IMG/VR virus record: IMGVR_UViG_3300004369_000006
Location: 19,288 to 83,287 of that record
Length of the DNA stretch: 64,000 bases
Strand: one strand, 5' to 3'
Source: a virus
Under the pieces are notes generated by a model. It saw nothing but the letters and a program-made list of their open reading frames with translations, ran no database searches and was not told the DNA's origin. The stretch's first letter is position 1. Each line of letters starts with the position of its first letter. Below are positions 19,655 through 28,371 of this stretch, one piece after another. The translations under genes were made by a program, and so were the position numbers.

Positions 19655-19855
19655 TTACTCTGGGTTTTCTACTCCTTCCAAATTAATAATAACTTCCACA
19701 TTTTCTAGAGAGGTCATCTCTTCGATATATTTTTCTCCATATAACAATTCATCCACGGCATCTCTAGCTGCAGCTTCGCTATAGCCTTCAACAACCACGT
19801 TAATTGAGCTTCCTACATCAACGGTGAATTTATATACTTTAATAGTATCGGACAT
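19655..19855 (-). CDS. Small acidic hypothetical protein
   Basis: VVVEGYSEAAARD, a motif common in small phage proteins. Confidence 0.55.
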   Translation of the reverse strand: MSDTIKVYKFTVDVGSSINVVVEGYSEAAARDAVDELLYGEKYIEEMTSLENVEVIINLEGVENPE

Positions 19856-19891
19856 GGTGAAGTTATTTATTACAAAGTAAGCAATAATAAT

Positions 19892-20122
19892 TTAATTATT
19901 AGGACCTTGTTTGATGATTAATACCAAAGCATCTATATCAGAGTGAGCTAAATGGTACTCTAAAATAGGGGAAGAACCTTGTTCTACCTCCATAGCAGCT
20001 AAGTCATATAAATCTACAAACTCTTCTTTGTAGTCAGGATATTGAATACAGTATTCATCAATCTCTTTCTTCAACTTTTCTAGTGATCCCATCATAGTTT
20101 TTTTTATAAAATTCTTCTCCAT
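19892..20122 (-). CDS. Hypothetical protein
   Basis: 76-aa operonic ORF. Confidence 0.55.
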   Translation of the reverse strand: MEKNFIKKTMMGSLEKLKKEIDEYCIQYPDYKEEFVDLYDLAAMEVEQGSSPILEYHLAHSDIDALVLIIKQGPNN

Positions 20123-20330
20123 CTTCAGTAGTGCCGTAGAAGCCTCCTATTCTACCTGCATCATAAGCAGCTATAATATGATTCTTTTCTTGTTTTTTAG
20201 CTTCTGCTAGAAACTTATCTCGCCATTCACCTCCAGTATGTGCTGATATTTCATCTCTATCACGCATCCAAACAATATATTCTAGTCTTTCAGCTAGAAA
20301 TTCAACAGGTGTCTTTCGTTGTTCTGACAT
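20058..20330 (-). CDS. Hypothetical protein of a family common in Bacteroidota phages
   Basis: KTPVEFL...AKKQEKNHIIAAYDAG...EEFY pattern. Confidence 0.6.
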   Translation of the reverse strand: MSEQRKTPVEFLAERLEYIVWMRDRDEISAHTGGEWRDKFLAEAKKQEKNHIIAAYDAGRIGGFYGTTEDGEEFYKKNYDGITRKVEERD

Positions 20331-20380
20331 ATAATTATTGATTTAAAAGGGTTATTAATTGTTATTGCATATAATAAGTT

Positions 20381-20575
20381 TCATGTTTCGTTTATTTCGT
20401 TTATAAGTCTGAGTACTTCTTCTACAGGTTCTAATACTTCTAAGGTATTATTCTGTTTGCTACTGAAAAGTATTATAGAACTGCCTTTAGTAGTAGTATT
20501 AGGCATAATCACTTCTATACTGTTTACATTGACATAAATAAACCTATGTTCTGTATTAAGCTTAATGAATTTCAT
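20381..20575 (-). CDS. FlbD/SwrD-like small beta protein
   Basis: MKFIKLN...IYVNVNSIEVI...SIIL...EVLEPVEEVLRLI; start at 20575. Confidence 0.55.
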   Translation of the reverse strand: MKFIKLNTEHRFIYVNVNSIEVIMPNTTTKGSSIILFSSKQNNTLEVLEPVEEVLRLINEINET

Positions 20576-20708
20576 TGTCTGTAGGTTTAGTGACATGTTC
20601 TATAAGCTTACCTATAAACTCTATCTCGTTAAACTTGTAGTTCTTGCGTACTTTCTCAAAGTTGTAGGTGTACGTCTTACCGTTTTCATCTTTAATTGTA
20701 ATTTTCAT
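20562..20708 (-). CDS. Small hypothetical protein
   Basis: MKITIKDENGKTY...; starts right after the SPL-like gene's stop. Confidence 0.5.
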   Translation of the reverse strand: MKITIKDENGKTYTYNFEKVRKNYKFNEIEFIGKLIEHVTKPTDNEIH

Positions 20709-20709
20709 T

Positions 20710-21588
20710 TTAAAATATGTATCTGATTTTGTTCCAAGGAATAATCTCATCATGCAGTGCAGTCCATTCTTTGATAAGTTTGTCTTTTAGTTGCCACTTA
20801 TAGCGAATGTTCTTACCACCATACTGAGATGTTTTTGCTTCTTGTATTTTAGGAACCCATAACAGGTTTTCACCTGGTAGGTTATTGCTAAGGTTATCTA
20901 AGTGCTTTTTCTCATTGTGAGTAAGAAAGATAACTTCTGCTTTTACAATGTCTTTATAATCGACATAGTTATCTACCATTTCAAATAGTTCACGGTAGTC
21001 CTCTATCCATTCTCTGTATACTACAACAGGAGAAAAGTTAAAGTGTACATCATACCCAGCATCTATGAAGGCATCTGCTGCTTTAATGCGATCTATTATA
21101 GGAGCAGTATTAGGTTCTAGTATACTGCTGATATGTTGGGGCATTAAGCTAAAACGAATACGTACTTTACCTTGAGGATCATAGTCCAGGTATTGCGTAG
21201 GTATAGTCTTAGTAGCAAGCGTAGCCATTGCTTTTGGGTGCTCTTTAAAGAAATCAAATATCCTTCTCCAGTCATGGTACTTATGATGTAATGCAAAGTC
21301 TTCGTTGCATGAGATATCGTAAGTATATAGACTGTCATGAGTTTGATTAGGCTTAGGAGTATCCGCATAGAAATAAGCATGATTGTTAATGGATGTAAGG
21401 ATATCACCTACATTAGTGGCGATATCCAATCCATCATTTCTATTTCTCTTGCAGTAACAATAGTGGCAGTTAAATAGACATCCAAAACCAAAAGAAGGAG
21501 TAATGTAATCAGATGATCGATTACTTATTTTAATCTCAAACTTTCTTCTTGTTACTTCACGTACTTTAGCTAAGGCAGTTTGTGGCAT
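20710..21588 (-). CDS. splB: Spore photoproduct lyase family radical-SAM protein
   Basis: GCLFNCHYCY (CxxxCxxC), YDISCNED, LATK, RIRFSLMP, EPNTAPIIDRI, GYDVHFNFSPVV, YGGKNIRY. Confidence 0.85.
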   Translation of the reverse strand: MPQTALAKVREVTRRKFEIKISNRSSDYITPSFGFGCLFNCHYCYCKRNRNDGLDIATNVGDILTSINNHAYFYADTPKPNQTHDSLYTYDISCNEDFALHHKYHDWRRIFDFFKEHPKAMATLATKTIPTQYLDYDPQGKVRIRFSLMPQHISSILEPNTAPIIDRIKAADAFIDAGYDVHFNFSPVVVYREWIEDYRELFEMVDNYVDYKDIVKAEVIFLTHNEKKHLDNLSNNLPGENLLWVPKIQEAKTSQYGGKNIRYKWQLKDKLIKEWTALHDEIIPWNKIRYIF

Positions 21589-21815
21589 ATCTTCTCAAAT
21601 AAATAGAGGTTTGCGACACTAAGTATAAATACACCTAATGCAAAAGCACATTGTGCTAAGTCTTGAGATAGTAATACCGCATTCCAATTTAGTATCTTAA
21701 ACAATATGATAGATAGTTTAATACCAGTGTTTACTGCAGTACCGAATAAAAAAGCAATGCTTAAAACATAGTAGATATTAACTAGATGCTTGCTTAATAA
21801 TTTGCTTTTTGACAT
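21570..21815 (-). CDS. Small membrane protein
   Basis: Two hydrophobic segments. Confidence 0.5.
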   Translation of the reverse strand: MSKSKLLSKHLVNIYYVLSIAFLFGTAVNTGIKLSIILFKILNWNAVLLSQDLAQCAFALGVFILSVANLYLFEKICHKLP

Positions 21816-22224
21816 AATAAATCAATTTAAATAATAGATCCCCGTCTGCTTCCATATTTGCATGACGGGTTTTGTTGTATTTATTGGCTTCGAAGATATG
21901 CTTTTTAACACCGCTAAACAGAAGAAAACTCTCGGAGTTATATCCACTTTTGTTTTCTCGTTTAACAGGCGTTACACTCAAGTTATACCCTCTAGGTTCT
22001 ACACTACCTGTGAAGTAGTTCATGCCTCCCATAGAATAAGATATACCAATCTTTAGGAAGTCATATTCTGTGGCTTGTGGAAAGTCTATTACTTCATAAC
22101 CATCAGTGATGTGTACATCCATCATTGGAATGTATAATACTTTACTGCGATGTTTATTTACATCACAGTTTTTTACCATATCAGCAAGCTCACTAACATG
22201 GTATTTAATAAAAGTTTCAGTCAT
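21778..22224 (-). CDS. Hypothetical protein
   Basis: YSMGGMNYFTG...RGYNLSVTPV; operonic. Confidence 0.6.
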   Translation of the reverse strand: MTETFIKYHVSELADMVKNCDVNKHRSKVLYIPMMDVHITDGYEVIDFPQATEYDFLKIGISYSMGGMNYFTGSVEPRGYNLSVTPVKRENKSGYNSESFLLFSGVKKHIFEANKYNKTRHANMEADGDLLFKLIYYVKKQIIKQASS

Positions 22225-22456
22225 GATTTAATATATTACGATTAATAATTCTAACACGTGGATCTTCTGTAAGTATATCACCACGTTTGCTGACTACTAT
22301 ATTGATAATCTCAGGGTCTTCTGCCAACTGCTCGAGCATAGCCACATAGTTTGCGTGTAAGAGCTCTTTAATGCTTTTGGCTGACCAAGTGCACTTATCA
22401 TCTAAAAGTGCGTCAGCGTTTTTGTAAAATTGTTTTAAGACTTCAGATCTAGTCAT
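22217..22456 (-). CDS. Hypothetical protein
   Basis: 79-aa operonic ORF. Confidence 0.5.
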   Translation of the reverse strand: MTRSEVLKQFYKNADALLDDKCTWSAKSIKELLHANYVAMLEQLAEDPEIINIVVSKRGDILTEDPRVRIINRNILNHD

Positions 22457-22482
22457 GATATAAAAAGATAAAGGTTAATAGT

Positions 22483-22926
22483 TTAGGATTTATAGTACGT
22501 ATGCACATACTCTTTAAAGTCGTCAAACTTATTCTCTTGTATCCACCTAGACACAGAGAGATATTTACCTACTACATCATATTCTGCACCATAGGCAAGT
22601 ACAGTTTGGATACATCGGCTTTTGGCTTGTGCACCGTTAAAGTAAGTAGGATTTACCGCTTTCATAATCTTGACTAGACCACGATAGTGTGGTGTAGTAC
22701 TCTTGTAGTAATTATCCTTTAACTTTTTGCTTTTAAGCGTAGGATTTAACCACACGGTAAACTGCTTACCTTCGGGAGTAGTAAAAGAATATTGCTTTTG
22801 CCAACCATCACCGTTAGGTATCTCGTCACTTGGTATAATCTCTTCGTAATTGTAAGAGTCATCCTCCAATGGGTCAAAAGCCATAGCTTTTGTTTCTTCT
22901 AACGTTTCTTCTAACATAATACTCAT
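22483..22926 (-). CDS. Hypothetical protein
   Basis: 147-aa operonic ORF. Confidence 0.55.
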   Translation of the reverse strand: MSIMLEETLEETKAMAFDPLEDDSYNYEEIIPSDEIPNGDGWQKQYSFTTPEGKQFTVWLNPTLKSKKLKDNYYKSTTPHYRGLVKIMKAVNPTYFNGAQAKSRCIQTVLAYGAEYDVVGKYLSVSRWIQENKFDDFKEYVHTYYKS

Positions 22927-22927
22927 T

Positions 22928-23209
22928 TTATTTATTTGTTTTTAATTGATAGATGTAACCTTCCTCCACAGCTTCTGTCATGTTACCGCATATGGTATCT
23001 TTGAAACTGCTATAGAAGTCTTTAAATTGATTGCTATTCATAAGTCGTGATATGGGATTCTCTTTGATAGTATCCAAGTAAGAGGTAAGACTGCACTGGC
23101 AGATTTCCATTTCTTGGGTTACAAATACCATATCGCTTTCGATGTCTTTAGCAGCGAGTACAAGTACTTCGCTATCATCATTGTACAATACGTGATACTC
23201 TAGATTCAT
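22928..23209 (-). CDS. Hypothetical protein
   Basis: 93-aa ORF with ATGA overlap to the upstream gene. Confidence 0.55.
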   Translation of the reverse strand: MNLEYHVLYNDDSEVLVLAAKDIESDMVFVTQEMEICQCSLTSYLDTIKENPISRLMNSNQFKDFYSSFKDTICGNMTEAVEEGYIYQLKTNK

Positions 23210-24528
23210 GCTAATTGATGTTTAGAAATTAATAATTTAGATAGATTAAATATTAGGATGTCTTGGAAGTGTCTAGTGCAATCATCTACATTGAAGTCAA
23301 GATGCATAAATTCTTCCAATAGTAATCCTGTGATAAAAGGTAGATTTAGTTTGTCACTACGGAATTCTATTTCCGAGTTAATGACAATCAGGTTTTTACT
23401 GCGGTCTGCTAAACCCCATATTACAGAGTCTGTATTCATGCTTTTGATCTTAGCATATGTAATATCAAACATGAAGATGTTACTAAACTCACTAGCTATA
23501 ACGTCTTTAGCTTCTTCGACTAACCGTCTTAGCTCTATACTTACAAGGTTAATATCCACAGGTCTGTATATCTTATCATCCTGGACATGAGTGTCTGAAT
23601 CATATACAGAAGATATTACTGCATAGAACGAAGAACATACATACAGTACATCTTGATCAGGACTGCCTATTACTTCTTCGATATTCTTCAAGCTAACAGG
23701 TTGAATCTTTAGACTATTAAGCACCTGAATAAACTCTGCACTAAAGTTAGGAGTACATAGACTGCTAATCTTGTTATACTCATAAGTATCAGACATAGTA
23801 AACCGATGGATAAACTGTTTGATTAATAGTTTATCTTGTAATTCAAAGAGGTCTTCAAGATAGTGATACGAAGCCAAGTGATTATAGATACGTCTTTCAT
23901 CTATGGTAATGGACTTAGTAGCATCTATATTAAACATAGCAGGATACTCTTTGATATCACCTGCATAAAAGCCTTGGTAATATACTTTGGCTTTCTCTGT
24001 TTTACATAGGTTATACTTATTACGTGCCCCTTCAAATAGCCATGTGTCTACATAGACGCTATGTAAGCTTCTGACAAGGTCATAAGTATCTCCAGGTCCT
24101 GTATAGATAACCCATGTCAGAGTGTTATCATCCATCTGTACGATATAGTCATCTGCTTCCGTATAGATATTAGCATTAACATCTTGGTCTTTGGCATTAG
24201 ACACCAACTCACGCAGTATCATCCATGGCTCCCAATCAGGACCTATTTCTGTACTGATATTGGTATTGATACCATTGATTGTGATACAGTCTGTAGTATG
24301 CACACCACGGTCAGAATACATTTCTATTTCTTCTGTGCTGATATCTACAGGTTTTGTACCATTATATAGGTAAAACTTAATTCCTTTTCTTAGAAGCAAA
24401 GCAAGAGCGTATTTAATACCACTGCCAAACTGACCAAACTTGGTATTATCATCTCTCTTGGTGCTAAAGCCTATGACTTTAAGGAACTGAAGGTCTATAC
24501 AACCATTAGATTGGATTATAATCTTCAT
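23206..24528 (-). CDS. GHKL (HATPase_c) ATPase with permuted motif order and C-terminal zincin-like motif
   Basis: GFSTKRDD..FGQFGSG (G2 box) comes before WMILRELVSNAKD (N box); C-terminal LLEEFMH...DCTRHFQ. Confidence 0.75.
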   Translation of the reverse strand: MKIIIQSNGCIDLQFLKVIGFSTKRDDNTKFGQFGSGIKYALALLLRKGIKFYLYNGTKPVDISTEEIEMYSDRGVHTTDCITINGINTNISTEIGPDWEPWMILRELVSNAKDQDVNANIYTEADDYIVQMDDNTLTWVIYTGPGDTYDLVRSLHSVYVDTWLFEGARNKYNLCKTEKAKVYYQGFYAGDIKEYPAMFNIDATKSITIDERRIYNHLASYHYLEDLFELQDKLLIKQFIHRFTMSDTYEYNKISSLCTPNFSAEFIQVLNSLKIQPVSLKNIEEVIGSPDQDVLYVCSSFYAVISSVYDSDTHVQDDKIYRPVDINLVSIELRRLVEEAKDVIASEFSNIFMFDITYAKIKSMNTDSVIWGLADRSKNLIVINSEIEFRSDKLNLPFITGLLLEEFMHLDFNVDDCTRHFQDILIFNLSKLLISKHQLA

Positions 24529-24539
24529 TGTAATTTAAT

Positions 24540-25151
24540 TTAGTATTTGTATTTAATAAATTCAACAAATTTAATAGCGGTTTCTTCTGACCAATTAGCA
24601 ACCCTCTTAGCTTTAGGGTCTTCATCATAGATATAATGCGTTACAAAATACTCAAGTGCATTAGCTAATTCTTCAGTAGATTTATCATTACTATACCCCC
24701 ATATGTAATTACGGTTTTCATAATCCATAGGAAGTTTATATTGTATTTGAAAGTATAACCTTCTAATAGTACTCATTAAACTTTTATCAGAAGGTGTATC
24801 TAGACAAAACTCAAAGTCTTCACTATTATACTCGATAATCTCTTCGGTATTATCACCTATAAAACTGTGAGTCTTATGATCATAATGTGCTTCTCCATAA
24901 GCATGAAAGTCACCAGCCCATGATCCATAGCCTAGTTGATCGTTAATCATTTCTTCTAGACGATCAAATATAGAATAGTCAAAAGAGCTTTCAGGATTGA
25001 CAATAGCACCATCTACGGTAAAGTATACCATACCACTGTCATTGCCTCCATCCCAGTTAGCAACAATCTCATGTCCTTTATTTACGAGGTCATCGAGATA
25101 AACATAAATCTCTTCATTAGACATTACTAAGTCATTAATTAAATTTTTCAT
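24540..25151 (-). CDS. DUF6878-like protein
   Basis: ANWDGGNDSG...GSWAGDFHAYG; directly downstream of the DUF6915-like gene. Confidence 0.55.
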   Translation of the reverse strand: MKNLINDLVMSNEEIYVYLDDLVNKGHEIVANWDGGNDSGMVYFTVDGAIVNPESSFDYSIFDRLEEMINDQLGYGSWAGDFHAYGEAHYDHKTHSFIGDNTEEIIEYNSEDFEFCLDTPSDKSLMSTIRRLYFQIQYKLPMDYENRNYIWGYSNDKSTEELANALEYFVTHYIYDEDPKAKRVANWSEETAIKFVEFIKYKY

Positions 25152-25558
25152 TAGTCTGTAATTGTTTTAGAATTAGTATTAAATCGGATATCACTTGTAT
25201 CCTCTGATAGGGTATTAAGGGTTTGTTTACTTACGCCACGTTTAAAGATCCATGTAATCTTAGAATCATCTAAAGAAGTGAGGTAATCTTTAATGGTTGG
25301 TATCCAACCTAGGTCTTCCATGATATGCTGTTCGGCAATAGCACGTATAAGAACTTTTTTGCCATCGGTATTATAAAGTATAGTACCAAAGTGTTCTTCA
25401 CACCAGAAGATACCTTCTGCGTGATGTCTGAGTGCTCTATGCCGCATATCAGGCATATGTTTCTTGGTTTCGTCAAACCATTCATGGATAGCAAGGTAAT
25501 CTAAGTACTGACCTCCATGTTTCTTTGCGCTACTAATAGCATGATGATAAGGATGCAT
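25151..25558 (-). CDS. DUF6915-like His-rich protein
   Basis: MHPYHHAISSAKKHGG..DYLAIHEWFDETK...RHRALRHHAEGIF...IAEQHIMEDLGWIPT. Confidence 0.8.
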   Translation of the reverse strand: MHPYHHAISSAKKHGGQYLDYLAIHEWFDETKKHMPDMRHRALRHHAEGIFWCEEHFGTILYNTDGKKVLIRAIAEQHIMEDLGWIPTIKDYLTSLDDSKITWIFKRGVSKQTLNTLSEDTSDIRFNTNSKTITD

Positions 25559-25560
25559 AA

Positions 25561-25890
25561 TTAATCTAATTTATATTCGTTTTTAATGTGTTGTACAAAC
25601 TCAGGATCACTCTTTAGGATTCTGCACATATCTACATAGCGATGTAGTATATCACCATGAGTACGTGTTTCACCAAATAGATAGTTCTCAAGATTACGTA
25701 TGCCTACCATATCAATCATGATAGCATACTTAGTCAAGTCTTCATCTCGCATGATTTCAAAGTATGTAATGTTATCTAATGTTTGATAGTATGCATTCTG
25801 TATGTCATACTCTTCCTGATTCTTAGCGATGTATACATCTCTTTCAAGACGCAACTCTTCAGGGTCTAAATTACTGTTGTAATCTAACAT
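25561..25890 (-). CDS. Hypothetical protein
   Basis: 109-aa ORF. Confidence 0.55.
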   Translation of the reverse strand: MLDYNSNLDPEELRLERDVYIAKNQEEYDIQNAYYQTLDNITYFEIMRDEDLTKYAIMIDMVGIRNLENYLFGETRTHGDILHRYVDMCRILKSDPEFVQHIKNEYKLD

Positions 25891-25940
25891 GTGTTTAATA
25901 GATTTAAGTGTTCATTGTACGTGAACGTTATAGAATAGTG

Positions 25941-25970
25941 AAAAAAAAGCCCCGCTGTTACGCAGGGCTT
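25941..25970 (-). terminator. Intrinsic terminator
   Basis: A8 followed by GCCCCGC-tgttac-GCAGGGCTT, giving a hairpin plus U8 on the minus strand. Confidence 0.75.
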
Positions 25971-26006
25971 CTCCTAGAAACTAAAACCTCCTCAGATTGA
26001 GGAAGA

Positions 26007-26267
26007 TCATGAAAAGAACGACTCTTCTTCGCCAAACATATTATCCCACTGACTAGGGGAATAACCTGTAATCAACAACTCACGTTGCTCAGCAGGGATG
26101 TTTGGAAAAATATTTTGAATGTTTTCTTCGTCCACTAGCAGTCTTTGATACTGGTCTTCATGCACGATAAAATAGTGTGCGTTACCATCCGTGTCAATGA
26201 CTTGCATTTGGACTTGTCCTGGCTCAAGAGTCAAAAGCCTTTTGATAGAAATATTAGGATTTCTCAT
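26007..26267 (-). CDS. Conserved small phage protein
   Basis: IQNIFPNIPAEQRELLITG..PSQWDNMFG motif. Confidence 0.65.
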   Translation of the reverse strand: MRNPNISIKRLLTLEPGQVQMQVIDTDGNAHYFIVHEDQYQRLLVDEENIQNIFPNIPAEQRELLITGYSPSQWDNMFGEEESFFS

Positions 26268-26302
26268 GATGTAAATATAGGATTTAATTAATAAAAAGAA
26301 AA

Positions 26303-26401
26303 TTAACTATGGTATAATCCATAGAAGGTTAATAAAGCGATGTAAACCACTATAGCAATAGCGATATAGTCGTACTTAAAAAGAACGGTTTTAAATTTCA
26401 T
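26303..26401 (-). CDS. 32-aa single-TM miniprotein (not in ORF track)
   Basis: MKFKTVLFKYDYIAIAIVVYIALLTFYGLYHS; ATGA overlap with the stop of the 26398..26697 gene. Confidence 0.55.
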   Translation of the reverse strand: MKFKTVLFKYDYIAIAIVVYIALLTFYGLYHS

Positions 26402-26697
26402 TTGTGTAGGTATTTAGGGATTTCAGGAGCATGATTATGAACCCATCCATCCATGTAAATAGAAAAGGAACTGTTGGTAAACCATAAAGTACCACGTATT
26501 TGCATATAGAAATGGTCTTTGATGGTATAGTCTAACTCATCCATGAACTTATCAATTTGTTCTTGAGTATAGTCCACTGGAAGTCGGTATTCATATCTAC
26601 GGTTTGTCTTATAGTCTTCTACAGATAACTCCGCACACTTTAAAGACACATCACCTAGACTGATGATGTGTCTAACAATAGATTGTTTAATAGTCAT
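26398..26697 (-). CDS. Hypothetical early protein
   Basis: GTLWFTN...W..NHAPEIPKYL. Confidence 0.6.
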   Translation of the reverse strand: MTIKQSIVRHIISLGDVSLKCAELSVEDYKTNRRYEYRLPVDYTQEQIDKFMDELDYTIKDHFYMQIRGTLWFTNSSFSIYMDGWVHNHAPEIPKYLHK

Positions 26698-26755
26698 GAT
26701 TCTTGCTGATGTAAATGGTTAGTATAAGAGATTAGTAAAGCCAGTAAACATAAGA

Positions 26756-27466
26756 TTAGTCCTTCCATGGTGAATTGGATTTAAAGTGTATCATATATTG
26801 ACAGTTATCCATATCGTAACCTATATGTTCTAAATAGCTCTTGATACCATTTTTGAATAGAACATAAGGATAAACTTGTACGGTATTTGTAGTATAGTCT
26901 AAGACCGTAACCATAAGTTCTGTATTATCCTCTTCATCTTCTACATCATCATAGTCAAAGTCTTTCTGCAAAGAACTATGTACATGTTTATGTATACTAC
27001 GGCAATAGTTTTCCAAAGCACCGCAGATATCATCTAACATATCCTTAGGTGTATGACTATCTAACATGTTCATAAGCTTATTAAAGAAATCAACTTCTTC
27101 CTTGTCAAAGACTAAACTATTAAACCTAGTAGCTATAGAGATACGGTAATCTAAGGTAGGAATCAAGTTATGTAACTTTATCACATAAGGAATACATCCC
27201 TCAATACTAGGAAACTTACTCCCTGCATAATAGTCTATAACTTCTTCAGTACTATAGTAGTCAACTAAATCCTGAATAGTCACATTACATAACTCACCAA
27301 TATGTATATCATAAAGAATATAAAAGACTTCACCCACTAGATTAACCCTACTCATAAACAGAATCTTATTCTCCTTAGTAACCTCTTCTAAGAGTCTATA
27401 ATAGAATTCTGTATTATACTTCTGACCATAGTAATAAGAAAGCTTGTAAGTATCTGTATGTGCCAT
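26756..27466 (-). CDS. Hypothetical early protein
   Basis: 236-aa ORF with a strongly C-poor coding strand. Confidence 0.6.
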   Translation of the reverse strand: MAHTDTYKLSYYYGQKYNTEFYYRLLEEVTKENKILFMSRVNLVGEVFYILYDIHIGELCNVTIQDLVDYYSTEEVIDYYAGSKFPSIEGCIPYVIKLHNLIPTLDYRISIATRFNSLVFDKEEVDFFNKLMNMLDSHTPKDMLDDICGALENYCRSIHKHVHSSLQKDFDYDDVEDEEDNTELMVTVLDYTTNTVQVYPYVLFKNGIKSYLEHIGYDMDNCQYMIHFKSNSPWKD

Positions 27467-27774
27467 AACAAATAAATTTTAATTGATTAATTACACTTAA
27501 AACATTAATGATTACACTCTCAGTAGTAATCTACTCTGTTTACTTATTCTTATATATATTAAAACACTATTCTCTAATTATAACATATACAAAGACAACC
27601 AAATAACCCACTATGGTTCCTCTAACCCACACCAACTAATGCATGAATACTTGATTTAACGTAGCAATTAGTACCAAATATCACGGGTATATAACCATAT
27701 GGATTGATTTAACGTATAAGCGGTTTACTTACCCACCCATACTAGTGTATAAACCCACCCCTTGAGTCCATTAT

Positions 27775-27815
27775 AAAAAAGACAAGGCCTGCACTTCGCA
27801 AGCCCTGCCTTGTTT
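27775..27815 (-). terminator. Intrinsic terminator after the first minus-strand gene
   Basis: AAAAAAGACAAGGC...GCCTTGTTT inverted repeat with a U-tract on the minus strand. Confidence 0.6.
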
Positions 27816-27819
27816 CTAA

Positions 27820-28143
27820 TTAGCTGAGAACGTCTACAATGCGTAGTTTGCCCTCAATCATCGCAGTAGCAACTGTCTGCCCTTCACTCAACATTCCTAG
27901 CCACTTGGATGGACCATAGATAGTGCCTCCTGCGGTTAATCTTACGGTCTTGCCGTTCTCTAAGATGACAAGTTCATTGCCCGCAGAATTAGGAATAATC
28001 TTCGAGATGGCGACCTCTTCTCGCACGTCTTGCAAGAACTCTGCAATCTCGCTTTCTAAGGATTGCTGTGTTACAGAAGCTTTGGCTTTCTGCTCTGCTT
28101 GTGCCACTAAGGCGTCAACGTTAAGGTTAGCTAAATCTAACAT
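27820..28143 (-). CDS. Hypothetical protein, first gene of the minus-strand arm
   Basis: 107-aa monocistronic ORF, more GC-rich than its flanks, with its own terminator. Confidence 0.7.
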   Translation of the reverse strand: MLDLANLNVDALVAQAEQKAKASVTQQSLESEIAEFLQDVREEVAISKIIPNSAGNELVILENGKTVRLTAGGTIYGPSKWLGMLSEGQTVATAMIEGKLRIVDVLS

Positions 28144-28299
28144 AACTGATAAAATTTAAAATAACGCACCAACTTATCCGCGTGATGCTTAACGTAGCCC
28201 GAGGTAGTTCCCCAGTGCCAAATCTACGGGGGGTTCTCTATGTAGGTGTAACCCACAGTCAATAGTAATAGGGCTCAAATTTTTTTTAAAAAATATTTT

Positions 28300-28332
28300 T
28301 TTGGCGTATGGATTATTTATTTATTACATTTG
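28300..28332 (+). promoter_or_regulatory. Full Bacteroidota sigma-A promoter driving the + arm
   Basis: TTTG (28300-28303), a 21-nt spacer, then TACATTTG (28325-28332), preceded by A/T tracts. Confidence 0.75.
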
Positions 28333-28371
28333 TGGGTAGCCAAAAGAAATGATATAGGCTAAAAGTGACAC

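Larger units (their letters stand above)
27604..28338. repeat. Cluster of ACCCAC motifs plus a 13-bp direct repeat; candidate origin/control region
   Basis: ACCCAC cores within TAACCCAC (27604, 27623, 28249), TACCCAC (27730) and AAACCCAC (27751); inverted GTGGGT at 28332; TTGATTTAACGTA at 27651 and 27704. Confidence 0.55.

Noticed and set aside
26268-26720. Repeated GATGTAAA (TTTACATC on minus) as an early promoter motif
   Set aside because: Only three copies were noticed; one lies inside a small ORF and the spacing to start codons is inconsistent.
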